The notes: a model not told the origin generated them from the letters alone. Shown: positions 12,233 through 26,400, numbered from the whole stretch's first letter. The stretch is 62,894 nt of DNA, filler included, from Sphacelaria rigidula (GCA_964200075.2; 6 parts of 6 records of this genome joined end to end with filler, not necessarily neighbours in it); one strand, 5' to 3'. Made by a program: numbers and translations.

Positions 12233-14730
12233 CTACAGGTCGTACGGTGTGCCCACGTGAGCGCTTGGTTTAGCTGGAACTAATGGTATCTCCTGGCACT
12301 CGTACTGAGAGACCTCAGCCAATGCATTAGCTATCCCATCATTATAACAGTTGGCGTCGACGACAGGACTGTGTTCGACCGATTCCAGCCTGTCGCGGAA
12401 GATCCGGAAGAATTGCCTTCGGTTTTCTTCCGGGTCGGGCCGAGGGTTTTGCGGACCGCGCGGTTCGGTCCGCAACCGCCCGAGGAGGATCCCCACCACT
12501 GTGGCGGCGGCGTGAGCCTCCTCTATCGTTGTTCTCGTCATCCTGCCGGTGGTTCGTCTTCTTTCCCCTGCAATTGACACTCGTGGGAGTCCAACCATCG
12601 TCATCCTGGTCATCGTCGGCAATTGTGGCGTCGGGATCAGAGTTGTAAGCGGCACGTCGCGCTGCAAAAAGATCGGTGACACTTTTCACGTATTTTGGGT
12701 GATCGGGGCTGGCTCCAGTGGTCATGTACAATTCCAGTTGGCCCAGGGTGAGGGACGCCATGCCCTCCTCAGGGAAGATGCCGCACTGGTCCACGTAAAA
12801 GCCAACAACGCGGTGTAGACGTGGGGACACCAAGTTCCAAGTCTGGCGGGAACAGTGGAGGTGATTGGGGTGGTGGAACGGGCCGGTATATTCGGCCGCG
12901 GAACGAGTGAGCCACGTTCGTTCGTGGTTCGTGAGTTGCAGGCCTTGTGTCGGCCCGGCATTGGCTGTCGAGATAGCTGCTTGAAGCGGGTATGTTGGGG
13001 TCGTCTTGGGGACAGCGGTGGCCGCAGTATAAGACGGCCGGTCGGACTTATGTGGAATTGTGTAAGTCGATTTACGGTCTCAGGCTGAGCCATGTGGCTC
13101 GAAGGAGGGTGAGGAAGGCGGCCACTGAGCAGGTTGCTGGCGGACGTTGGAGAAGCCTGATGGTTTGTTAGGCGGACCACTAACGTAGCAGCATCGTGGG
13201 TGGTCCGTTTGGCATGGTCCCCCAGGTCTCGTACACGTCTCTAGGCCGATATGACGGCAGTACGACGTTCCTGGAGGGCGTGTTGGGCGGCCGTGTTCGT
13301 TGTCTGAGCGTGTGAGGCCCGCCGCTGGAGATCCCTTAGCTTGTCAGCATGTTCCTCCGCAAGGAGGCGTGCAGCGGCGGCGTCAGCCTCGCGTAGCTAA
13401 TCAAGGATATCCTTGGCAAGAGCTGGTGCTTCCGATGTTATTCTCAATCAGCGCCATATGTTCCGCGCGGGACCAGTTCCTGAATAGCCTCAGGAGGAGG
13501 CCAGTGGGACAGTGCTCGTCACCAAGCGGAGGGAGAGCCTCCACAGACGGAGTCGGGAGCACGGGGGCATCCGTGACGGCATTCGTGACGGCATCCGTGG
13601 TGGGCCCACTTTCGGCGTCGGTGTCGACAGCAGACGGGGCGGCAGCTGTGGTAGTAGCCGTGGCGGTAGTAGCCGCGGCGGTGGGCGCAGAGGCCGTGAC
13701 AGCGGCGGCGGCAGCGGAAGGGGTGGCAGCAGCAGCGGCGGCGGTTACTCCTTTGTTCTCCATTTGGGTCTTGGCGAGTGCTCGCTTGAGATCTGCCAGT
13801 TGTTGTTGAAGGGAGCGAATAATCGCAGCATCAGAGCGGGACGGGGGTCTGCGGTCAGTGCTGGGTCGTCGGTTGTGCGATGAAACACGGCTGGGTCCCT
13901 CCTCTATTGGGGATTCAAGAGCCGGTGACATGTCCGAAAATATATTTTGGATATCGGCAGCATGTACGGTATCATCATTGCGAAACTGACGGCAGTGTGA
14001 CCGAGGCGAAGCAGGAGGGGTACGCGCGGTTGCATGATCGGCGTTCTTGGAGGGCAGTTGGGCGCGCGATGAATTCGATCTGTGCCGCGAACACTCCTCA
14101 TGAGTACGGTCACGATCGGCATTCATCGGGCGCTTGGGAGCGCGCGATGAGTTGGAACTGTGCCGTGAACTACCTTCGTATGTGCGGCTATGATCGACAT
14201 TCCTTGGGCGTGCGACGACGCGCGATGACTTGGAGCTGTGCCGGGAATTGTCCTTGGGAATACCAGCACGGGTGACGTGGTCGTGACCAACTGTCCGTGT
14301 GCGGCGCCGTCCAGAAGCGCGAGCAAGACTTTGGTGCAAAGTGGAGGAGGGGCTGGACTCGTGTTCGTTGAAACTCTCATGAGAGACGAACGGAAAACGC
14401 GGTTTTTCCGATTGGGGCGCCGAACGTACGGGTTCGGGCGCGGTAGGTGCAGAGTCATCATTGAATTGCACGTGAGCGGAGACCGATTGGTCTTGGAACG
14501 CGGCGTGGCAAAAAGCCATATAAATACCTCGATTAGAGCTGGGACTGGCGTGCCCGCCGACGTCGAAGAAGGGCGCGGTAGATTCTGCAGGACAGGATGC
14601 ATGGCCGTAACCGCTGGTCCGGCACTGGACAGCGAAGCAGGGCGTATTGGAATGCCGAGAGTCCTGCGATTGAGATCCGTAATGGAAGCAACCCGCGTGA
14701 CAGTTATGGGCGTGAATGGGGCCCGATTTT
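12233..14730 (-). pseudogene. Frameshifted, intronless low-complexity ORF (possibly gag-like/TE-derived)
   Basis: 372-aa ORF 13401-14519 has three in-frame 26-aa repeats, a short coiled coil (IIRSLQQQLADLKRALAK) and an Ala/Thr tract. Downstream ORFs 12342-12833 and 12233-12682 look like frameshifted continuations. No diagnostic domain recognised. Confidence 0.4.
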
Positions 14731-17700
14731 GGGCACTATATATCGGTAAAATGGACCGACCACTATCCACCGCAGAAAAAATGATCCTTAATCGAGCCAA
14801 TCGTATCAATCACCAATACTGACGTCATCTCCAAATAATGTCCTCGCTCATATGAAATGCATTCTAACTTCAGTACAAATTTACAAGCTTGCGAGTGGTC
14901 GGTGCCGCAGAAATGTAGTTGCTTCGGCGACTGCACTGATATAGTGTTGTGTGCTATTTTGTTTAGCTGTTGCAATCGGGAGCACACGCCCACTACGTTC
15001 CACCCCACATTCACCGTCCTTCTCAACATCGGCAGTCAAGAAAAGGAAAAGTGGCAGCAGTTGCGGGCGTCACCCTCAACACCAACCCCGCTTGACCCTT
15101 TTACTCACATACCGCAGAAACGAAGCAGCCGAGAGTATTCAGACATATAGCACAAGTGTCGAGTATCGTGGAACAAGTGAGAATGATGTAGACGACGTTG
15201 ACGAAGGAAAAGCGATTCACGCTGTGCGGCTGGGCTGCTCGTTACATACCCCGCACCTTTCGGTGATGGCGGGTTTGGAGAGCAATTACTTCATGGGTCC
15301 CATGGGCTCAGGGTCGTGGCACGAGTGGAAGAAATAACTTTTGTGTTCTCCACTCCTGAAAGCAAACCATCAACGGCAAACTTCACCTCTGCAACGTGAG
15401 ACACAAAACGTTCGGAGCTATCAGCGTTGAACCGTCGCGTTGCCTTTTGTGTCATGCTGACCACCACGACAGCGCAAAAGAACGCTGCGTAATCAAGGCA
15501 CCCACACATCCATTTCACATGACATCGGTACAGGACAAGTGTTGGAATGCGCATGTTGGCGCAAATGCCCTTGCTCATTCTTGTTTTGTAGTATCTAGTG
15601 CCGAACCAAGCATTCGATCGAAACCGCAACTTGCCAACCGCGATGTTCACATGCTATTGTTAGTGTACACAGGCGGCAGTGGCAACAAACATCATGGCTG
15701 CTGCTATTAGACCGTGAAGTGCGGTACACAGACGATAGTCAAAACCGCTCTTCACACCTGGGCTCCTGCGCTTGATCCGCCCGACGTGCGCTAAGGCGAC
15801 TTTCATATGTGACCTTGCCCGCTGCAGTTCAAGAGGTGACGGGTACTTGCTATTGTAACGCGAGGTTGCTTTGCACAGCAACACAGAGGAAAGCAGCACG
15901 TAGCTTGTTATCAGTAGTGAGCACATTTTCTCCGATTGCCGTTGGTGTACAGAGGCAATGCACAAATATCCCGCCTGTTCAGTCTCATAGTTTGCTCCTG
16001 TTATCTTGTTATTATTGCATACAGGCAGTAGTGACAGCAAACGTCATGGCTATCTTCGGTCTATCAAAGGAAGTGCATCGAATATTGAGAAGAACGCACT
16101 TTTGAGGCCCTGGCTTGTGCGCTCGACAGCGTAGACACAAACAACACAGCCGATTTGGTCAGAGGAAACTATATGGTTTTTGGTACTTGATGTTGGGAGA
16201 ATGAATTGCCCCTTGTACACAAGCGCATACAAGATATCAGCACCACATGGCAGGATGAAAGATACACACACATACCCTTCAAAACGAAGCTTGTCCCATG
16301 TTGCATTGTTCGCATATTGTTATTAGTATTCACAGTCAGCTACCGAAAACAACATTGCTGTCCGACTGTAAAAAGACCAAAGGACCGCAATAAAAATTGG
16401 GCGCACCGGCTTAGCTTATGCGTTGGACCTAACACTCTGACATGAAATAGACGCGTCAAACGTTTCGGTGACCGCGTTGAGCCTTTCGGTGGCCGCTTTG
16501 AGTTCTTTTTCAGCCTTCTCCACGCGTTGAGGCGCGGCTTTGACCTTACGCGCGGCTGTCAAGGCACAGGTCAAGTCTTGACCGGTTTTTCCCTTGTACA
16601 TCGTCTATGCTGCGCGGGAGTCCGCTTTTTCTTAAGTTTCCAACCACGAGTTTTTGGAATTCTGCATTTTTCACCTGAATTCTGCATTTTTCACCTGGAT
16701 GAACGCTGCTGTTCCTGAAGCCGCAAGTGCCGATTTTTCAACTTTTTTTTCTCGGCAACGAGGCAGAGTATTGGATCGCGGTTTGATGCGTGCACTTCCC
16801 ATACACCGGAACTATTCAGTGTGGCGACAGTTTTCCGTACGAGTGCCGCGGGGCCTGCAGCACTTTGCAAACCGCGGCACCAAGCACAAACTGTTCTGAA
16901 AAACGCGTTTCCTGCAACATTCTGGGGCTTTTCGGATCCCCTGTGGCGAATGGAGCAAATCCGCTTGCGGTGCTGAATAGGTCTAGTGTGTGTGCGGAGG
17001 GCTGTGAAGTTCCAAAGGCCGCTGTACTTCCTGTCTCGAGATGATTGCAATGAAAACAACTACATCTGTCGCATACTGAACCTAGATAACCTGGGATGGA
17101 GCGTGTTTCATTTTCGGCAGAGGTTCGGCGGAGGTTCGGCACAGGCCCGACCAGTCCATGACGTCTTCAATAATAAGTCTTCAATATTCGTCCGCATTCA
17201 TTTGTTTTTGCGGGAAACGGATTTTTGGTCGGTAAGGCCTTCATTCATTCACCCCCATAACAGTATCTCTTGATCCAGAAGCGATACGTTTCGCGGGACT
17301 GAGTCGTCTCGGGATCTGTCAACGGTCGTTTGTCGGGGTGCCACGGTTGGAGCGACCGTTACAGGGCCATGCTGGACATGTGTCCAGGGGCAACGAGTCA
17401 GCTGGGGGCACATTTTTGTCTCCGGATTCCATATCGGGATCCGGAAGAACAGGCCGCAGCGAGGGGAGTGCTACGGAATCCACCGTTATGGGTTCACTGA
17501 CATGTCTGTCAGGAGCCAATGACTCAGCCGGTGGTATAGTCCTGTTCTCTGAGTCCGAGTCGGTACTGGAGAGAACAGATCGCGGCGTTATAGTATAGCT
17601 AGCAGCGGGAGCTCGAAATCGCGCACATAACAGACGCACGGCGTAAAAAAATGCGCAAATTCAATTGACTATAGCGGCGTCTGTACCTGAGAGCAGTACA

Positions 17701-20131
17701 ACTTACACGCTTTGACGGTGTCGGTGTCAGGGACAGACCACGACTGTATTATCCCGGCTTAAGCTGGGAAACGACTGGCGGCACTCAGAAAACAAATTAA
17801 AGGAGCACCGAAGCTTTGTGCGGCGTAGGGCAGCACATAATCTTCAACAGAAGCTTGAACCGGAGACCGTAGGGTCGTACGGCGTAGTGCAGCTCGAGGG
17901 CTTGTCATACAACGGCGTGGCGAAAACGCAGTTTAATGAAGTAGTGCGCAGCAGAGGCAACGCGAAGGGTGTGTCCCGAAAAGAGGTACACACCAAAGGA
18001 CACTAGTTTTGAGTACCGTGTGCTCCAAGTGAGCAGGTAACGTAGGTCTGGATTTTTCAATGCGGCGTGTAAATTAGGGCGTAGTTGTGGAAATCGCCAC
18101 AACAACTGAGTCGTGGGGGAGAACAACCAGCGACTGGTAGGTAGGAATGTCCCAGGCGCGTGGTGTCGTGAATGGAACGTGTCTCGGAACAGAGAGGTTT
18201 TAGCCGAGAGAGGTTCAGCGATAAAATCTCACAGCTATATTTAGGCTGTGTATTGCTAATTATCGCGGCATTGTATGGCGCCGCTCTATCGATGTGCGAA
18301 GCACACTAGAAAAAACCAACAACGACAGACTAGCTACGAGTGACGTACATCGCGACGCAGCGAAAGTGCAAGAACGCATAAAAATCTCGTGTACATATGT
18401 CCGTGGTCACCTGGTGGGGAAGAGCGGGTTGTCTTACGAAACGGCCCGTGAACAAAAAAGATGCAATGGCCGTGTACAATCGATACTGAAATGTGGGAGC
18501 GGCAGGTTGCTGGCTTGGCAAAGATCTAGGGTCAGGAACAGCAGGTGACTGTGAACAACGATGCACCCTGTGCAGTGTTGTCCTGTAACAAACCTGTAGT
18601 AGAAAACTTGTCCTGTCAGAAAAGAGGGGGCAACAAGCCTAGTACGCGAGCCAGTGATGGCTGGGCGTGTGACCGTGCTGTACTGAACGACCAGGGATAG
18701 TTGCGTTGAGCAGGTAGCATGCACGTGAAGTGCAAGGTGCAGTTGTGTATTTCACAAAATACACAGCAACACAGCAAAGCGAGGTTGGCGCGTCGATGCG
18801 CGTTGGCCCAGCGTGCACAAGGCGTGCAGTCAAACGCTGCAGCAAGCAGCGAGCAGCAAGAGCTGCAAGTCACAAGAGCTGCAAGTCACGAGTACCATGT
18901 ACGGGGTAACACAAAAATGAAAGCTTCGCAGTAGCTAACTACTGGCTATCTAGCAAGTCGGAAACAGCTAAATAGGTTTGCCTACCTCGAATGGAAAAAT
19001 TGTCCACAGCAAGCCACGAGCACGTAACTCGATAAGCAGAGATACAGTCGGTGTTGTGGGAAACACAATAGCCAAAGAAAAGGCTCCTTAGTCAAACTCC
19101 AAATGCAAGCACGTATACCCGATGACTGTTTTAGATCCAGGTGAGTTACTGCACTCCGACATTTTTCTGGATTTCTTCGTTTGTTTGTTCTACCCCGATC
19201 CCGTGGCGCAGCCTGGTCAGCTGGTGACACGGGTGTGTTCTCTTGTATCGTTCCGTTGCTCATGGTCCAGTATTACCTCGGGAATTACCAATTATACCGC
19301 CCTTGTTGTAGGCCGTATTCCCGCCGGACGATTGCTTTTAAGGTGGACATTGGGTTTTGACAAAGACTCTTTTCAATTAACACTAAGTGTTTGCTCATAA
19401 CACGCGATAGATGATCTGCCGCACTGAACGCAGAATCCTCACCAACGACCCTTGGCTTCTTACCCTGAGTGTCGTCTTGGGTGGGCTCGTGCCCACTCCC
19501 GTAGAGGTCTCGAATTTCGCACTTCGGGCACACCAAACCTGAAGTTGGGCTGCACCTCCGCCTTCATCTCTCTGTTGCTGCGTAGTCCCCCCCCATCGCA
19601 TTGTACTGCACGTCGCACGCCTTTTTCAAGGCAGGTTTGATACTTCAACCGCCCTGCCACGGAACGAGCGGGGTGCCACTCTCGCTATAGTCGACGGATG
19701 TGTCGGGTCGGAGTCGGACAAAAACATGGAGCTCACTTGGATCTGCGTCCGATCAAAACAGTTGCCGCGATGCCATGCCGCAACTGCGTTCCCCCCCCCC
19801 TCTTCTCGGATTGTCTGAAATCCCCTCCTTGTTCCGGTGGCTAATGAAGTCTACGCGTGCGTATAATTTAGGGCTTTATTTTGTAGATGCACTCGCGTGT
19901 GTGTTGTCTTATTGAGCATGGATCGTGAGTGTCACGTAGACACAACGTTTTATTGTGGATTGAACGTTTGATGTGGCGGGTCGCAGCGATGCTCGCCTAA
20001 AGAGGTGTGGGAGAGTATCTATGTCTTTTTTCTTCGCTTCATGTTTTTGTACGAGTGTAGAGTAGAAGAGCCCTTTCTCGTTGAATTTTGAAGTTCCTCC
20101 GCGCAACTACATTATAACACGGGTTCTTACA

Positions 20132-20542
20132 AATTGGGGATGGATTTTTTATTGGGGATAAGAAACCCCGAAAATTAAAATGTTCGTATCCACACCACAT
20201 CTTGCAAATATGGTTCCATTTGCTCACCTACTGATAGCTGTTGACACCTGCTACACGCCATAGAAATTTGGATTCAATCACCAGAATGTTGGAGTCCTAG
20301 GTGAAAAACCAATTTCGGAACCATTTTGGCGTCCGTTCGGACACCCGGAATTATCCAAAATTGGTTCTTCACCTAGGACCCCAACATGTCGTTGATCGAA
20401 ATCCAAATTTCTATGACTTGTAGCAGTGGTCAATAGCTATCAGTAGGTGAACAAATGGAACCATATTTCGAAGATTTGGTGTGGATACGAAGATTTTAGT
20501 TCTCCAGGTTTCTCATCCCCAATAAAAGATCCATCCCCAATT
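20132..20542. mobile_element. Fully palindromic MITE/foldback element (~410 bp)
   Basis: Left half is the imperfect reverse complement of the right half. Ends are aatt-GGGGATGGAT...ATCCATCCCC-aatt and the centre is near 20336. The two similar ORFs on opposite strands (20039-20227 -, 20447-20665 +) are a by-product. Confidence 0.9.
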
Positions 20543-20645
20543 AAGCCTTTGACCGCAAGGGTAGTCCACCTGAATCATGTTTACTTTTTCCAAGTGAAAT
20601 TGATGCCGATTCAACAGGTGACCTACTCTCGCTGTCGAAGGTTAA
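20541..20645. mobile_element. ~100-bp TTAA-flanked MITE (piggyBac-like)
   Basis: ttaa-gcctttgaccgc...caagtgaaattgatgccgattca...ctgtcgaagg-ttaa. Same family as 30868-30970 and 32228-32439. Confidence 0.7.
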
Positions 20646-20898
20646 CAGACAATTCTGTAAAATGAGGTTCATCAATTAAATGAAGTTCGGGCCCAAAACA
20701 GTACTTTCTCCACACTTCCAGCGATGGTGCCCGATGACTTTCTTGTCGGCCCAATACCCCTCGATCGCGTAAATACTTCTTCAGCGCATTTTATCGACTC
20801 TGCGAGCTTACAGCGCTGACCGAAACCGCTGTTTTCCCTGATATCACCCCCCCCCCCCTAAAAAATATGTAGAAATGGCGGTTTCGACACTTTCTACG

Positions 20899-20998
20899 NN
20901 NNNNNNNNNNNNNNNNNNNNNNNNNNNNNNNNNNNNNNNNNNTTAATTAATTAANNNNNNNNNNNNNNNNNNNNNNNNNNNNNNNNNNNNNNNNNNNN
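20899..20998. other. Artificial linker
   Basis: 44N-TTAATTAATTAA-44N. Confidence 0.98.
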
Positions 20999-23484
20999 AC
21001 AGTACTCCATTCGAGGAATTCGGCGGTCTGGTTGGTGAGATACCGCACAAAGCATTTTTACGCCTGGGGGGGGGGCATTTCGGCCTGAAACTGTTTCAGG
21101 CACGTATCGGTTTTTCCTCAAAGAGGGGATCTTTTGTTGCAATGGACTGACTGCGTCGTTGCAATCAAGTGATATGTCAAAATGATCGTGTATGTGACAG
21201 CTTTCATTGAAGCCATCGGTTCACGATCTGGGCGCATTACTCCGCGAACTGTGGCGACGTCAAAATCGACGGGAAGGTCCATTGTTTCGGCTCTCACTCT
21301 GAATCCGATGTTACACTCTGAATCTCACGAATATGGTGTTGTATGCCACTCCCACATAAATTACACTTTAGCAGGGGGGGGGGGTTAATGATATTTTGGG
21401 TACGTTTCTTAGTTGAGAGGGGGCTCCCCAGTCACCTAGTTTCTCATTTCTTTTATCCCTATTTCAGGTATGTATCCGCGCTGTTTCTTATTTTCATGTT
21501 TTTTATCTTGTCGCCCAGTTTGAGGTGTATTTCTTGGTCCATTTTCCTCATTTTCCGTGAAAGGTCCAGCCTAATTTTCTTGACTACATTTTTATCAATT
21601 GCGGGCCCCAACTGTATGAGCGTTCCGGCAGAGAGTCTGACGATATGGTTCGTTCAAATAACCAAATACTTCCTCTACCCATGGCTGGCGTTCCATATCT
21701 CTCGCGTCTCAACCTTTTGGCTTCCAGGGTAGGCCATCCGTCGAATAGACATCATTTTTCCTCGAAGAATATTACGACCCCGATTAGGTGACCTACCCCA
21801 GCGGTCACAGGATGAACTCGTCATCGCCAGTGTTGGTCATGTGAGCCTTGGGCATATTCTCCAAGTCAAATTATGACCGATTCAAGGAACGGCCTACCCT
21901 GGCGATCAAAGAGTCGATTTCACACGTCCGTTCTCATTGGTTGAGCTTGGTCCGGGTGTGACACATGTGCGCACGAGCCATGCCGCACGGATGAAGCAGT
22001 AGAAAACGCCTGTGCCCGTCATCCATGCTGTATAAATGAAACGTGGAAAATAAATGTACATCTCATTCATGTCCGTACCAGCACTTGGGCAGGTTATGAA
22101 ACAGATGCCCGCAAGGAAATGGGACACCCTGTTCGCTGCTCTCGCCAACCCCCCCCCCCCCCCCCCCTCCTTCCTCCCGCCATCCACATCAAAACCAGTC
22201 GAGACCCGGCCCTTCATCGTTTTTCGGGACAGCAGCTGCCGCATCTAGGAGTCATGGTGAGAAAGTAGTGTCTGTGTACCGTGGCTGTCTGTGCTGCCCG
22301 GGGGAATGCGGGCTGTGAGTAAGCGTGATAGGTGTGTTGAGCGTCATGGAGAGGAGTGACTCGCCGTGTGTGACGTCATGAAAATATGGATTACTGGGGT
22401 CCATCTCCATGAGGCAAGCGATAGAGGCTTTTTTTCTAGGTTTTCGGTGGTGATTTCGTTCACGAAGAGGCGGCAATGACCGTCATCAGAAGACTTGTAC
22501 AGCCCGTGTTGCACGTCCGTCGACGGCTTTATCGCGTGATCGACAGAGATGCCACCCAGCTAGCCGACTGTTCGTCGGCGCGAATAGAGACAAACGTCTT
22601 CGTTTAAGGAGGACGTATCCAAAGGGGGACAGACTAAGGAAGAGGCTGTCCCAAGAGATGTCGTCCTGATGCAGAAGGAACTCCGAAGCTGACGATGATT
22701 TCCTCTTGTGAGATGTAGGCAAGAAGTAGGTCAGACACAGAGTGGTCGCTGGAGACGACCGGGTTCCTCGGGGGATGTTGGACCGTCCTGAATATTAGGC
22801 TCTTCCTGGCATCACCCCGAGTTGTCTAGATTCGTTGGCATTACAAGGTCCTCGGGGAATCTGGTCCTTCCGGAACGTTCCTACCTCGTCCCTGCTTGCA
22901 CTGGGTCTGTATACATGTGTAACATCAGTCTCTGATATGTCACTGCTAAGGGATTACTTCCACATTTGGCCGTTTGTAGTCGAGTGGACATTGTGTGCAC
23001 GTGTGCACTTTTTGGAAGAGATTAAACGAGGTGTGTGATGGTGTAATGCATGCGTGGGAGGACCGCGGGCGTTTCGGACCGCATCGTGGTTCAAAACACC
23101 CCAAGATACATGTTTCTCAATATCCATCGGAGCAGTCCGTGCAGGGATTCCCCCTGGCCCTAATCCCAACACTGTGTTATTATTACGGAGACGGTCGTCT
23201 CGACAATGGGGAAGAGGAACAACACCGACTGTTGCGGTTCATCGACTCATTCCAATCATGAATGTTTCCTGCGCCGGATCAGAAACTCTCAGAGGGGGGC
23301 GTGACGGGGGGGGGGACTCGGGACACTCGACTGTTACACATGAGCTGACGCTAGTGCGTGGCCACCATACCGCGGCTTCGAAGAAAGACATCATCTCAAA
23401 ATGGCACGCTGCCTTCTTTTTGCTTCGTGTGCTGAATTGTGCTTCACAGACTGCGATCGGCGTTCGGGACACGCGGCGGACAAC

Positions 23485-26400
23485 ATGTTGTGGTCGGTGA
23501 AGGGGCTGCACGCATGTGTGACTGGGATCATCTTCTGCTTGGCCCTCTTCGAGCGTTCAACCGCAGCGGGTGAAGGTATGTCGATGTCTTGGATAGCACG
23601 ATCGTCAGTCGAGCGCCAAGATAGGCGCGCAGGATGTGCTGCAGCGGATTATGGCGCACGTGGATGTCAGATGTCGTCATCGCGAGCAGCATCTCACTGA
23701 TATTTTTTCATTTCTTCTAGGTGACTAGGCGTTTGCTTGGTGTCGAACTGGTAGTAGTTGACATCGATGACGGCTTCTGGTTTGCCTGTATGCTATGGGA
23801 GGATGTCTCAGCGTTCCGTGTCGTCTGCATGTCTTGAATTTACGCTCTAGGGTCGAGGACTGCGGCAGTGGCTTTCCGGGAAGATGAGCGTCCGACAGCC
23901 TTGGCCACGGCGTCCGTCGCTGCAGTGACTCAGGGCTCCGTCACGCGTGCGTCAGCGGAAGGTGGGCCCTTGAGATGCCACCGAGTGTCGGAACGTGCTA
24001 CACGCTCACTGGCTCGAAGCACTTTTTTCGGCGCTTGACTAGCCTTGCACGGCCTGGCCTCAATATTTCAAAGCTAAAGATTTGACTCGAAGTTAGTATC
24101 GAGATGCGAAAACGGATCGCGCTAGCCGAAAAAGAATAAACAGCAAATGAGAGCCATTAGGAAATTCTGGAGTGTATTTGGAATGTCCCAACTCGGCAAA
24201 GATAGCTCCAACTCTTCTGGCTACCGAGGTCAGTCTCTACACATTGATATGTGAGAGGTGCTTGTGGAGCTTTGGCCCGAACCGACCAAAATAGGGTCGT
24301 GTGCATTCCGGCGAGTGTGTATGGCGGTGGAGAAATACGGCGCCACAAGGCTGCAGGTCGTGGATTCGAATCCCGACGAAAGTCTTTTCATTTCGTCGGG
24401 TCTGTAAGATGAACACGATATGGAACCATGGGAAGGGGAGGAACGTTTGCGACGTGCGTGAAGAATCTTCTGCTCCCACTTGTGTGAGGCGTTCAACTTT
24501 CTATGACACCGCACTCCAGCCGCGGAAATTACTAGTTCCGCTCCCGACACATGGCTTTTGTTTTCAGTATGATCTGGTTTTGCTATTGAGTTTTGTGCTT
24601 TTCCGAGCCGGGGAACATTCATCAGCAGGCTGGTCTACACTCACAGCGATACACTTGCATCAGGTCAAGGTGGGGGACTGAAGGAGCCGTCATCAGGCGA
24701 TAGAAAAATATCGGTTTTTGGCCTGGCGCAATCCGTACTCGAATAATGTGTCGTTGCCAACGATGCCTTGTAGTGCAGTCGTGCACTTCGTGTATGATGA
24801 ACGGCACGGAGGATACCGACGCCGCCTTCGCCTCCACTTCTTTGTGTCATTGTCCGCGCTGTTGCCCACTAAACTCAGGTAAGGAGGGGAGACGGAATCT
24901 CAAGAGAAAGGGCAGGGGAACGGGTAAGAAGAAGAGGAGGAAGGGCGGGAGGAGGAGAGGGACGAGGAGAGGGAGGGGCAGGAAGGGGAGGGGGCGGAGA
25001 AGGCGTCGTGGGCGCAGAGGCCGGAGATTCCCTGGTGAGTACACCACCGACCTGCCCGACGTCCCGCGTGCCATGCTGTAGAAATGGTCTAAGTTATAAC
25101 CTGTCATTCGTGGTCGGCTGGTGTCGAAAACGATGGCATAGCGAGTATGCGGTATGTCGAGATGGGTGCCCGTCTTCGTCGAAATGGCACCGTGTATCGA
25201 CCCATCCCACCGCCCCCCCTCCCGCACCCCTCGCGCAGCGGCGGTGTTCTGAATTCACATTTTTTGCTGCTGCGTCTTACACGCGCTCTGGTTGTGCCGT
25301 TCCGTGTTTCTGCCTCCGTCGGTTGCAGCGAAGAAGGTCACTCCGGCACCCACGGCTTCCCCGACTGCCACGCCAGCTCCGACAGCCACGCCAGCTCCGA
25401 CAGCCACGCCAGCTCCGACAGCCACACCGGCGCCGACTGCCACGCAGACCCCGACGCCGGTCCCGGTAGCAGGATTCCAGGACATCGTGTCGATACCGGG
25501 TGAGGCCACGGGGAACGGGGGTTTCTGTTCTGATGGTTTTGTCACGACCTGCCGAGGGGCCGGAGTTTGTCGGGTCTAGTACGAGACGGTTCTTGTGCTA
25601 GTTCCCGCAATCGGGGTCGTGCTGCGTGGCTGTCCTGCATACTGAAGTTCGTGAACGCACCCGTTCTGTTGGGATCGGCTTTGCCCTCGTTGCTGCTAAT
25701 ATGTAGACATACCGGACCTTGCGGTAGGCTCCGCAATTATCCGACCGGGAGATCTGGTCGTCGGCGCGACCCCCACGGTCATTTTAGTGGACCAACCTGG
25801 AGTAGTGGTTGGACAGGTTACAGTTTTCGTGTCAGCCGCACGAAGGTTGACGGAAGCGACCGGAGCGGAGAACACGGCGATGGCAGCGCAGAATGTCGAG
25901 TCTCACAGTCTTCAGGGGCGGTCGACCATCAATGTGAGCGATCCGTTGTGCACCTCTCGGGCTTACTGTCTGTAGATGTGTGTGTGCGCGTGTTGCCATC
26001 TCATCTACCCTGGACGCGAGTTCGCATATTTTGGTGTAGGTGGGCACGTCGGCCGGAGTCACACAGGAGGGAGGCCGACACGGGAGGTTGTCTTTCGTTT
26101 GTTTTGGTACCCCACCTTCCTCTCGCGGTACTTGCCTCACTTATTTTTCACGAGAGTTGTTCAGCTTTTCTTTTTCCTCGTCGACCGTGAAGTCGAATTT
26201 TGTGTTTCACGACATGGCCGCTTTCCGCTGTTTTGCATGGTGTGAGAGATGAGCTCAGATCGTGTGATGTCGCCGGCATACGAACCCACGACCCAGCCGT
26301 CAGAAGGTCTCGAGGTTACAAACTCGGCAATCGTGGGGCTACACTCCAAAAACACATCGATTCTGTGTACGGTTCCACGAGAATACGTATCGTGTCCCTT

